This document shows positions 20,051-28,527 of a DNA stretch of 64,000 nucleotides, piece after piece. This DNA is from Armatimonadota bacterium (GTDB lineage: Bacteria > Armatimonadota > SYMT01). Both the position numbers and the translations under genes were made by a program. The DNA lies in NCBI GenBank assembly GCA_041690135.1, contig JAWLHY010000016.1, positions 32,001 to 96,000 on the forward strand, read 5' to 3'. The notes under the pieces are model-generated. The model had not been told where the DNA came from. It worked only from the letters and a program-made list of their open reading frames with translations, and made no database searches. Within the stretch, counting starts at the first letter, position 1. Every line of letters begins with the position of its first letter.

Positions 20051-21967
20051 ATGTCAAGCAGAATCAAACGGCCAATGCGTAGAAGGGTCCATGGAGTGGG
20101 TCTGGGAATCTCCCTTACTGCTCTCGCCCTGGCAGGGTTGAGCGCCTCCGCGCAGGAGCAGTCGCCAAGAACAGCACCGCCTCCGGTGTTGAACCTGCCG
20201 GCCCCCGCCAACGGTGCGGTGGCCCCCGCCAACGGCGCAGCTCCGGTCCGGCCGGTGGATCCGCTGTCGCAGGAGCTCTCGCTCGAGGTACGCAGCGCGA
20301 TCCTGGGAGAACTGACGGAGAAGCTGGCAGATTCGCTGAAGGTGGGATTGGATGTCGATCCGGACCTGGCCGGTCACAGCATCACCCTGCTGGCGGACGA
20401 GACGCAGGTAAGTGACCTCCAGAATGCCCTGAGCGCGCTGTTCGGTACCGGCTGGCAGAAGCGGGGAGAAGGCGCTGCGGCGCGATACTACCTGCCCCAG
20501 AACGCCGACCTGCAGTTGCGCGCGCAGGAGTTAATGAAAGAGCGCCGAACGCTCTTCCTGAACAACCTGCTGCAGACGGGCCGCGCCGTGCAGCAGCAGG
20601 GGGCGCCCACGGTAGCCCGCGATCTCCGGGCCGGAGTGGCGCGGCGTCTCACCTATCTTCCACAAGAAGAGGTGAACGAGATCTCCGCCGACTACGTGCG
20701 GCAAACCCTTTTGCTGGCGCCCCTGCCCCGCGGGATGGGAGCCGTGCTTACCCGCAGCGGCAGCGCCTGGACGCCTTTCCGCACATTGCCCGCGGCCTAT
20801 CAGCAACTCTTTGCTTCCTTTTTCGTGGAACAGTACCAGGCGGGCGGATCCGCATCTCAGGTCGTCGACGGCCGCTCTAATCCGCTGATCTTGAACTACC
20901 CGCAGGCCCGCCTGGAGTACCGGCTGTTGCACGGCGACCGCTGGACGGGGCCGCTGCTGTTGACGCGAGTGGGTGCCTCGGACAACTGGGCGAATTCATA
21001 CCTGCCCGCATCGCTGTACAACCTGCCGGATTATTCCACCCTCTACCCGGAAGTGGCGGAAAGACCCACCGGCCCGGAGGTGCGCCGGCCGCTCGAGATC
21101 CTCATCGACACGGAAAAGATGAACTGGGATCAGGCGCTGTTGCACCTGGCGCGCACGGCGAAGATCAATGTCCTGAGTGACGCCTTCCCGCGCCCCATGG
21201 TCTTCCGCCCGGCGGGTCGAGGGCCGATCATCGGCGGGACCGACGTGGGCCACACGCTGGACAGGCTTTGCGACTACTACGGCTACTTCTGGTGGAAGGA
21301 AGGGAACTTCTACCTCTTCCGCAACCGCCTGTGGGCGGAAGAAGAGAAGGTGGCGGTACCGCAGCGGGTACGCCAGCAGATCGGTCAGCGCCTGTCTCGC
21401 AGCAGCCGGCTGGCGACGCAAGACCTGATCTCCCTGGCCGCCCTCTCGGACGAGCAGCTTCTTTCCATGCGTCTCTACGGTGCGGCGGCAGGTGAGCCTT
21501 ATGCTCCGCCGGATGCTTTCGATTTCAACGAGATCCAGGTGGTTCGGGCCGGTTTGAACCTGTTGGGACAGATGAACGATGCCCAGCGGGAGCAGGCGCG
21601 CGCGGAAGGGCTGCCGTTCCTCCTGATGTCGCCTGCGCAGCAGTACATCTTCGCCTCCACCGCTTACGACCGCGGCCTGGTGCTGAATCCCGAAGAGTCC
21701 GACCAGTGGCGTATCCGCTTCAGCGACCATTTCGAGCGGCAACGGCTGCCCAGCGGATGGTCGGAAGTGGGCGAGCTCCGAGTCGACTTCCAGTACGGAG
21801 CGAATACGGCGCGGCGCGCGATTCTGCCGATCCGGGTCCCGGCGGCGGTGGCGCCCCCCGGAGCGGCTGCGGCGGCGGCGGCTCCCGTAGCAGAGACAAA
21901 AACCAGGCCTGTCGTATCCCCAAAGACGGAGATTGAGATCCCAAAGAGGGCTCCCGGTTCCCGGTGA
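20051..21967 (+). CDS. Large secreted hypothetical protein with two STN/secretin-N-like segments
   Basis: Signal peptide ending ASAQ; LSLEVRSAILGELTEKLA...L.ALFG..W and LEILID...WDQALLHLARTAKINVLSD...LDRLCDYYGYFW; GC-typical codon usage. Confidence 0.7.
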   Translation: MSSRIKRPMRRRVHGVGLGISLTALALAGLSASAQEQSPRTAPPPVLNLPAPANGAVAPANGAAPVRPVDPLSQELSLEVRSAILGELTEKLADSLKVGLDVDPDLAGHSITLLADETQVSDLQNALSALFGTGWQKRGEGAAARYYLPQNADLQLRAQELMKERRTLFLNNLLQTGRAVQQQGAPTVARDLRAGVARRLTYLPQEEVNEISADYVRQTLLLAPLPRGMGAVLTRSGSAWTPFRTLPAAYQQLFASFFVEQYQAGGSASQVVDGRSNPLILNYPQARLEYRLLHGDRWTGPLLLTRVGASDNWANSYLPASLYNLPDYSTLYPEVAERPTGPEVRRPLEILIDTEKMNWDQALLHLARTAKINVLSDAFPRPMVFRPAGRGPIIGGTDVGHTLDRLCDYYGYFWWKEGNFYLFRNRLWAEEEKVAVPQRVRQQIGQRLSRSSRLATQDLISLAALSDEQLLSMRLYGAAAGEPYAPPDAFDFNEIQVVRAGLNLLGQMNDAQREQARAEGLPFLLMSPAQQYIFASTAYDRGLVLNPEESDQWRIRFSDHFERQRLPSGWSEVGELRVDFQYGANTARRAILPIRVPAAVAPPGAAAAAAAPVAETKTRPVVSPKTEIEIPKRAPGSR

Positions 21968-21984
21968 GCCCAGGAGGAGGGCCG

Positions 21985-22731
21985 ATGACACATAGATTAA
22001 ATGCTTCGCTCGCGCTAGCCGCACTGCTGATCATCCCGGCCGCGGCCCAACAGGGCGATACTGACCGCCGCCCGGTGCCGACGTTGACCGTCAATGGCAC
22101 CGGGGAGATTCGTGTAGCACCCGACGAGGCCACGGTCCGCCTGGGGGTCACGCGCCAGGCGCCCACCGCGCAGGCGGCCCAGGAGCAGGTGAATCAGGTC
22201 GCCCAGGCGATCCTGACGGCGATCACCCGCCTCGGCATCCGGCGCGAGGACATCCAGACGTCGCAGTTGACGCTGTACCCGGTTTACGCCCCCCAGAACC
22301 CGCGCCAGCAGCAAGAAGAAGAACCGCGGATCGTCGCCTACCGGGCCTCCAACATCGTGTCCGTGCGTGTCGAGCGGTTGGGGCAGGTCGGTCCAGTGAT
22401 TGATGCCGGCCTTAAGGCAGGCGCCAACCAGCTCGAGGGGGTCTTCTTCAGCCTGCGGGACGACCTGCCGGCGCGCGAACGGGCGCTCCGCCAGGCCGTG
22501 CAGGAAGCCCGCCGCAAGGCTACAACGCTGGCCGAAGCCGCGGACGTGCGCCTCGACGGCATCCTGCAATTGGAAGAGGGCGGCGTCTCTATCCGACCGC
22601 TCGTCGTGCAGGAGCGAGCGGCGTTCGCCATGGCGGGTCGGGGCGGCGCGGATACCCCCGTGTCTCCCGGTGAGATCACCGTGAACGCCAGCGTAACGAT
22701 CCGGTACCGGATCACCGAAGGCCGGCGTTAA
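21985..22731 (+). CDS. SIMPL domain (DUF541) protein
   Basis: LTVNGTGEIRVAPDEATVRLGV, IQTSQLTLYP, ALRQAVQEARRKA..LA, PVSPGEITVNASVT. Confidence 0.92.
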   Translation: MTHRLNASLALAALLIIPAAAQQGDTDRRPVPTLTVNGTGEIRVAPDEATVRLGVTRQAPTAQAAQEQVNQVAQAILTAITRLGIRREDIQTSQLTLYPVYAPQNPRQQQEEEPRIVAYRASNIVSVRVERLGQVGPVIDAGLKAGANQLEGVFFSLRDDLPARERALRQAVQEARRKATTLAEAADVRLDGILQLEEGGVSIRPLVVQERAAFAMAGRGGADTPVSPGEITVNASVTIRYRITEGRR

Positions 22732-23725
22732 CGTCCGCTGTTAGAGATTGAACAGCTTCGACGGCCGTTTGGAAACGGGCGTCCCACGTGCCGCTGATGC
22801 GGACGTAGGGACGCCCCCTTGACTTCAGCTCGTGCTCGCAGCGGTCGAAGAAGGAACGGCGCTCTTCCGGAAGGTAGCGGATGACGTCCTCCACCCAGGG
22901 CACGTCCACGTCGGTCAGGAGATAGAGGTCGTACGTGCGGCGCTCGGCCTCCTCGCGGATCCATTCCTCGCAGGAGCCGAAGAGCACGTCGCTCCAGATG
23001 GTGGTGGTAAGCGGGTCCGTGTCGCAGAAGAGGAGGCGGTGGGCGCTGCGGGCGAGGGCGTCCTCCGAGGCGACCTGGCCGCGGACGATGCGTCCCATGT
23101 CCTCCAGGCGCACTTCGCCGTTCCGGGCTTCCAGGACCGTGCGGGCATACTCCGGAACGGCCACGGTGCCGAAGTGTTCCGCCAGTTGGCGCGTGAGGGT
23201 GCTCTTCCCCGTCGACTCCGGGCCGAAGACGCATACCCGCTTGACGAAGTAAGGGCGTACGCAGCGGGGCAGGTACTCCCAATTCGTCCAGGGGTCCTCG
23301 CGGATCGCCGTGCCGCTGACGGGGATAATAGATCGATCGATGTCCACGGGAACGAACTCCGCCCCCAGGATCTCGGCGAGCTTGTGCCCGTAATCTTCCG
23401 AGGCGAAGACGTAGTCCGGCTTCCAGGGGAGCACGCGCGTGAGGCTGTCGTACCAGATCTGCCAGAAGTCGGCGTGCTCGTGGGGGTACTGGGGGTTCTC
23501 ATCGGTCAGGTGGAGGACGCGGCAGTCCGGGAAAAGCTCCCGCATCCAGCCGTAGCGCAGGGCCCCAGGGATCGGTTCGGCCTGCAGGGTGCCGACCACG
23601 ATTGCCAGGTCCTCCACGTAGTTGCGCGCGAACTCCGCCAGGTACAGGTGCCCCAGATGCGGGGGCATGAACTTGCCGAGGAGCATTCCCCGGCCGGATT
23701 TGGGCAGCGTGTTGGGCGAGTTCAT
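22712..23725 (-). CDS. NadR-like cytidylyltransferase-family / P-loop kinase bifunctional protein (no HTH)
   Basis: GKFMPPHLGH (HxGH), FASEDYG, VSGTAIR, FGPESTGKST, VPEYAR, CDTD. ATG at 23725 overlaps the NRPS stop (ATGA). Confidence 0.88.
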   Translation of the reverse strand: MNSPNTLPKSGRGMLLGKFMPPHLGHLYLAEFARNYVEDLAIVVGTLQAEPIPGALRYGWMRELFPDCRVLHLTDENPQYPHEHADFWQIWYDSLTRVLPWKPDYVFASEDYGHKLAEILGAEFVPVDIDRSIIPVSGTAIREDPWTNWEYLPRCVRPYFVKRVCVFGPESTGKSTLTRQLAEHFGTVAVPEYARTVLEARNGEVRLEDMGRIVRGQVASEDALARSAHRLLFCDTDPLTTTIWSDVLFGSCEEWIREEAERRTYDLYLLTDVDVPWVEDVIRYLPEERRSFFDRCEHELKSRGRPYVRISGTWDARFQTAVEAVQSLTADVNAGLR

Positions 23726-26700
23726 CTTGTGGTCCGATGCTTGAGGCTTTGGCGCGCATAGAGTTGGAGCAGTTCCGGGGTGACCGGGGGGCACCGGATC
23801 CCGGATCCTGCCAGGGCGGCCTGGGTGTTGTCCACGGCAAACTCGGCGCCGGTGGACTGGAACAGGTCGAGTGTCCGCTGCCGCTGGAAGGCTGCGTCCC
23901 CCTCGGCAGAGCGGCAGAGGCTCAGGAAAGCGGTCGAGATCGCCTCGGCGCCGGCGGTGCTCCCGTGCCGCGCCACCCGCGCTCGCCACTCTGCCTCCCC
24001 TACCCGCTCCAGAGGAACCCCGGAGTCCCGCGCGGCGCAGATCAAGTCTTCGGCGGTGGCGCCGGTAGGATGGGCGATATGGAAGGTGGTGAGCCCCGGC
24101 CGTGGGTCGGCTCCAAGCGAGAGGTGAGCCATGGCCGCGGCGGCATAGTCCACGGGGGTGATATCGACCCGAAGATCGCTCCGAACCGCCTCGGGCACGC
24201 AGCCGAGGCGGGCCAGGCCGCGGAGGAACAGCCCCAACTGGTCGCGTTCCGGAGCGTATCCGGTGCGGGTATCGCCCGTGATAAGACCGAGGCGGTAAAC
24301 GGTCACACTGCGGAGCGCGGGTCGAGCCAGGCGGACGAGATGCTCTGCGGCCCACTTGCTCTGGCCGTAGCCGCCGTAGACCCATCCCGTTTCGGAAAGG
24401 TCGTCTCCCTCTTCCATGCGGCCGGTGTTCCGATCGGTGGAGACGAAGACGGAGAGGGTGGAGGCATAGTGCAGGTGCTTCGGCCTGCCTGCCGCCATCA
24501 ACCGCAGGATCTCGCCGGTGCCCCCCAGGTTGACTGGGCGCAACTGCTCGTAGGAATGGACCATGTTCACCCACGCGCCGCAGTGGTGGACCGTGTCCAC
24601 CTCCGCGCAAAGGCTTTCCCATGCGGCCGGGGGCAATCCCAGATACGGTTGGGTCAGGTCTCCACACAGGGGAGCGACGCGCGCCCATGCCGCCGGCGGG
24701 AGGTGCACCCCGTGCCGCTCCACGGCCTCCCGGATACGGGCCAGCCCAGCTCCTTCCTCTTCCGCGCGCACCAGGCACCGGACCTGGGCGTCCGTCCGGT
24801 GGAGTAGCTCATACAGGAGGCGCGAGCCCAGGAAGCCCGTGGCGCCCGTCAAGAGACGGACGGGCAACCCGGAGCGGCTAATGGGTGGGTGCAAGTAACT
24901 GGGCAGGTGCTGTTTCCCAGAGGGGGGCCGACACCCGCTCCCGCGGGTACCCGGCGCCGTCACTCCGGCAAGGCTCGCCGATCTGGGTGAAGAGACAGGA
25001 TCGTGCCCAGCGGTCAAGAACTGTTCAGATACTTCCCCCCACCCCACAGTAGCAGTCAACTCCAGTTTGCGGAGGTACTCCTCTACCTCCTCTCGTAACC
25101 GGGCGGCGGTCATTCCGCCCCAGGTTTCCGGCGTGGTCTCCTCGGTGGTCCCCGTGATGGCCGCGATGGTCCGGTCCCGGATCACCTGGGCGGGCGAGAG
25201 GGGCAGGCCGCGCGCCTCGGCCAGGGCCGCGATCCGCAGCACGGCCAGAGAGTCGCCGCCCAGATCGAAGAAGTCGTCGTCGATCCCGATAACAGGCCGC
25301 TCGAGTACCTCCCGCCAGATCTCCGCGAGTTGCTGCTGCCGCGGCGTGGTCACGGTGGTGCGGAGTGATATCGCTGCAACTGCTGCCAGATCGAGGTGAG
25401 ATAGTGCCTCCAGGTCGGTCTTTCCCGTGCGGGTGACCGGAAGCCGGTCGAGAAACCGGAAGAGTTGCGGCACCATCCAGGGCGGGAGCAATGCCTGAAG
25501 GTGGGCGCGCAGATCCCTCTCACTCGGGACGGCGGCGGTAGGAACCACAAACGCGACCAGCCCCTCGCGGTCTGCTCCGATGGGTCGTTTCAGGACAGCG
25601 GCCTGGCGTACGTCCGGGTGTTTGAGGAGGCAGGCTTCGACTTCCTCGGGCGCCACCAGTTGGCCACGGACCTTCACCTGACGGTCGGTCCGCCCGAGGT
25701 ACTCCAGGTCCCCGTCCGGATGCCGGACCACGCGGTCCCCAGTCCGGTAGAGGCGCTCCCCTTCCACCGTGAGGAAGCGAGACGCCGTCAGTTCCGGACG
25801 GTTCACGTACCCCCGTGCCAGGCCGATCCCGCCGATGAAGAGCTCCCCCGCTACGCCGGGTGGGACCGGCTGGAGGGCTTCGTCCAGCACCTGGAAGGTG
25901 ACGTTGGGCAATGGCTCGCCAAGGAGCGGGCGGTGCCAACGGTCCGCGTCACAAAGGCAGAGGCTGGCGCAGACGGTCGCCTCGGTAGGCCCGTAGACGT
26001 TGACCACCCGGCATCGTTGCGCCCACCGCCGGACCACTTCCGGAGGGCACGGTTCGCCGCCGATGACCAGGGTCTCCAGGCAAGCGGGTGCTACGTCGGG
26101 GTCCAACAGTGGCAACAGCGAGGGCGGGAGGTCCAGGTGTGTGATCCGGCGACGGCCCAGAATGCGGATCAGGTCGGCGGCAATCTCCGCAGGGGGACCG
26201 GGCTCGATGCAGAGCGTGGCGCCGGAGAGCAGCGCTGTGCCGATGTCGGAGACCGAGGCGTCGAAACTGGGCGACAGCAGCCAGAGGGCGCGAGCCCCCG
26301 GACGCAGCCCGAATGCGGGGATCTGGCCGTCGAGGAGGTTCACGATGCCTCGATGCGGCACCATCACGCCCTTGGGCGTTCCGGTCGAACCGGAGGTGTA
26401 GATGATATAGGCCAGGTCCTCGGCAGCGGGCGAGGCAAGTGCCGGGGTGGAACCATCGTCCTCCGGATCTGCCGCGCTCCCGACGAGAACCTGCGGGACA
26501 CCAAGGCGGCCCAGCGGACAGGCGACGCCCTCACTGGTGAGAAGCAGACGCACGTCTCCGTCGCGCACCATGAATGCCCGGCGCTCCGGCGGCAGCGCCG
26601 GGTCCAGCGGCAGGAAGGCACCGCCGGCATACCATACGGCGAGCATGCCGACCAGGTAGTCCGCGGACTTTGGCAGGGCGAGCGCGACTACCGTTTCCCG

Positions 26701-26850
26701 GCCGACACCGGTGGCTCGAAGGCGGCGCGCCAGGAGGGAAGCACGTTGATCTAACTCGCGGTATGTCAGGATGGTCGTCCCATCTTCCACCGCAGGTAGG
26801 CCCCGCAGCCGGGATACGACTTGCCGGAAGCGCTGCGTGAAGTGGCTCAT
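23722..26850 (-). CDS. NRPS-like adenylation-thiolation-reductase (A-T-R) protein
   Basis: A cores LTYRELD, YTSGSTGTPKG, FDAS, NVYGPTE, YRTGD, TGK; T domain FFDLGGDSL; R domain TGATGFLGS and YGQSK. Confidence 0.93.
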   Translation of the reverse strand: MSHFTQRFRQVVSRLRGLPAVEDGTTILTYRELDQRASLLARRLRATGVGRETVVALALPKSADYLVGMLAVWYAGGAFLPLDPALPPERRAFMVRDGDVRLLLTSEGVACPLGRLGVPQVLVGSAADPEDDGSTPALASPAAEDLAYIIYTSGSTGTPKGVMVPHRGIVNLLDGQIPAFGLRPGARALWLLSPSFDASVSDIGTALLSGATLCIEPGPPAEIAADLIRILGRRRITHLDLPPSLLPLLDPDVAPACLETLVIGGEPCPPEVVRRWAQRCRVVNVYGPTEATVCASLCLCDADRWHRPLLGEPLPNVTFQVLDEALQPVPPGVAGELFIGGIGLARGYVNRPELTASRFLTVEGERLYRTGDRVVRHPDGDLEYLGRTDRQVKVRGQLVAPEEVEACLLKHPDVRQAAVLKRPIGADREGLVAFVVPTAAVPSERDLRAHLQALLPPWMVPQLFRFLDRLPVTRTGKTDLEALSHLDLAAVAAISLRTTVTTPRQQQLAEIWREVLERPVIGIDDDFFDLGGDSLAVLRIAALAEARGLPLSPAQVIRDRTIAAITGTTEETTPETWGGMTAARLREEVEEYLRKLELTATVGWGEVSEQFLTAGHDPVSSPRSASLAGVTAPGTRGSGCRPPSGKQHLPSYLHPPISRSGLPVRLLTGATGFLGSRLLYELLHRTDAQVRCLVRAEEEGAGLARIREAVERHGVHLPPAAWARVAPLCGDLTQPYLGLPPAAWESLCAEVDTVHHCGAWVNMVHSYEQLRPVNLGGTGEILRLMAAGRPKHLHYASTLSVFVSTDRNTGRMEEGDDLSETGWVYGGYGQSKWAAEHLVRLARPALRSVTVYRLGLITGDTRTGYAPERDQLGLFLRGLARLGCVPEAVRSDLRVDITPVDYAAAAMAHLSLGADPRPGLTTFHIAHPTGATAEDLICAARDSGVPLERVGEAEWRARVARHGSTAGAEAISTAFLSLCRSAEGDAAFQRQRTLDLFQSTGAEFAVDNTQAALAGSGIRCPPVTPELLQLYARQSLKHRTTR
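24882..25046. mobile_element. ~165-bp MITE/REPIN-like element inserted in frame in the NRPS T-R linker
   Basis: Imperfect terminal inverted repeats GGGTGCAAGTAACTGGGCAG / CTGTTCAGATACTTCCCCCC; 52-bp core 24924-24975 identical to 44281-44332. Confidence 0.8.
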
Positions 26851-27612
26851 TTACGGCTTCCGGGCCACCAGGATGCACCGCGAACAATCGAGTGTGAACG
26901 GACGACCGTCGACGGCCCCATACAGCTCCACCTCCACGAAACCGCAGCTCTCCAGCAGCCTGCGGAGCTCGTGCGGCAGATACATCTTGGTGCGGCTGGT
27001 CTTCCGGTGCTCCCGACCGTCCGGTGCCGTGTAACTCCAGACCTGCTCGATCATGCCGGTGAGGAAATCCGGAGTGGCGGCGCGGGTCACTTCCGTCTCG
27101 CCGTAACGGGTGCCGTAGCGGAGACGGACCGCCGGCTGGAACTCGCGGAGCAGGCGGGGCGTGCTGTAGTAGTCCAGGGCGAACCGTCCCCCGGGGCGCA
27201 GCGCTTCGAAGGCACGCCGGAGCATCTCCCGGTTGCGGGCGTCCTCGGAAGCGTAGCCGAAGCTGGACCACCAGTTAAAGGCGCCGTCACACGGGCGCTC
27301 CGGTAGGAACCGGAAAGAGTCGCCCACATAGAACTCGCAGGAGAGCTCCGCCGCCCGTGCCTGTTCCTCCGCGCGCCGGATGTAGTTGGCTGCCAGGTCC
27401 ACACCGATCGTGCGCATCCCCAGCCTGGCCAGCGGCAGGCTCATCCGGCCGAGGCCGCAGCCCTGATCGAACACAGTGTCACCGGCTCGCAGCTCCAACT
27501 TCCGGACGAGAAACTCCGCTGCTTCCGTCGCGCCTGCATCGTCCTCGGCGATAGCCATTACCACGTCCGCGAAGGTATCGTCGTAGAACCCTTCCCACCA
27601 ATCGGCACTCAC
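26851..27612 (-). CDS. Class I SAM-dependent methyltransferase
   Basis: VFDQGCGLGR, GVDL, WWSSFGY, ALRPGGRF. Confidence 0.92.
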   Translation of the reverse strand: MSADWWEGFYDDTFADVVMAIAEDDAGATEAAEFLVRKLELRAGDTVFDQGCGLGRMSLPLARLGMRTIGVDLAANYIRRAEEQARAAELSCEFYVGDSFRFLPERPCDGAFNWWSSFGYASEDARNREMLRRAFEALRPGGRFALDYYSTPRLLREFQPAVRLRYGTRYGETEVTRAATPDFLTGMIEQVWSYTAPDGREHRKTSRTKMYLPHELRRLLESCGFVEVELYGAVDGRPFTLDCSRCILVARKP

Positions 27613-27624
27613 ATCCCGCTCCTT

Positions 27625-28515
27625 TCAGGCAGTCGCGGCCAGGGCGGCGGCCGTGGGTATAGGCAGAACGACACCCTCGGGAAGGCGGTAGTCGATCAGC
27701 GCAGTGCCGGTGGACCGGTTATCGGCATTGGGAGCCCCGATGCCGGCGGCGTAATCCCCCAGGTGCACCGTGCGAAAATCGATGCTGAACCGGGTGCGCC
27801 CCGTCTCGTTGGCCAGGGTGCGGTGCAACTGTGCCCCCGCGAAGACCAGTAGATCTCCCGCCCGGCACGAGAAGCCGAAGGAACGCGCGCCTGCGAGGTC
27901 ACCACGGAAGCCCGGGTAGAGAGCTTCCGTGCCGGCGTTCCGATCCTGCCAGCCGATCCGCAGACTGCGACGGTCGCGGATCCAGGTGTCGTAATCGAAC
28001 GCTTCCGAGTCGTTCTCCACGGGACGGTCGAGGTAGTCCGGATAAAAGACGAAGGTCTCCGCTTCGTCGACGTCGTGCAAGGGGATCCACCAACTGATCT
28101 GACTCTGGGGATGCGAATACCAGGTGTCCCGGTGTGTGTAGTAGATGGGCGCCGCCTGGGGAATGCGATGAGCCCCATCCGCTATGACCCGCATCCGCAG
28201 CGGGTCCAGCGCATTCTCTTCCGGCCGGAACCCAAAGCTGGAAATGATCTCCCCGATGGCGGTGAAGAAGCGGTCTTCCTGGTAGAGCCGCTTGCGCAGC
28301 CGGCCGATCGCCTGGAAGAACTCGTCACCGGACAGGCGGAACTGCGCCTCCCGAGCCGGGCCGTCCTGGCCCAACTCCGCTTCGACGAGACCGCCGACCT
28401 CACCCACCAGGCGCTCCGTGACCGGCGTGCGGTCGAGCAGAAGAACCGTTCCGTTGTAGATCGCATTCCGAAAGCTATGCTCGTCTTCCGGTGCGTGGCG
28501 TTGGATCTGGACCAT
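27625..28515 (-). CDS. Putative 2OG-Fe(II) dioxygenase (PhyH-like jelly-roll)
   Basis: HRD...WWIPL...GDLLVF...LHRT...TRFSIDFR: HxD...H triad plus RxS motif. Confidence 0.65.
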   Translation of the reverse strand: MVQIQRHAPEDEHSFRNAIYNGTVLLLDRTPVTERLVGEVGGLVEAELGQDGPAREAQFRLSGDEFFQAIGRLRKRLYQEDRFFTAIGEIISSFGFRPEENALDPLRMRVIADGAHRIPQAAPIYYTHRDTWYSHPQSQISWWIPLHDVDEAETFVFYPDYLDRPVENDSEAFDYDTWIRDRRSLRIGWQDRNAGTEALYPGFRGDLAGARSFGFSCRAGDLLVFAGAQLHRTLANETGRTRFSIDFRTVHLGDYAAGIGAPNADNRSTGTALIDYRLPEGVVLPIPTAAALAATA

Positions 28516-28527
28516 CGTTCTCTCCTC

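Noticed and set aside
22712-24778. 688-aa ORF suggesting a long N-terminal extension of the NadR-like protein
   Set aside because: The extension overlaps the NRPS R domain in another frame and is R/G/P-rich noise. The real start is the ATGA overlap at 23725.
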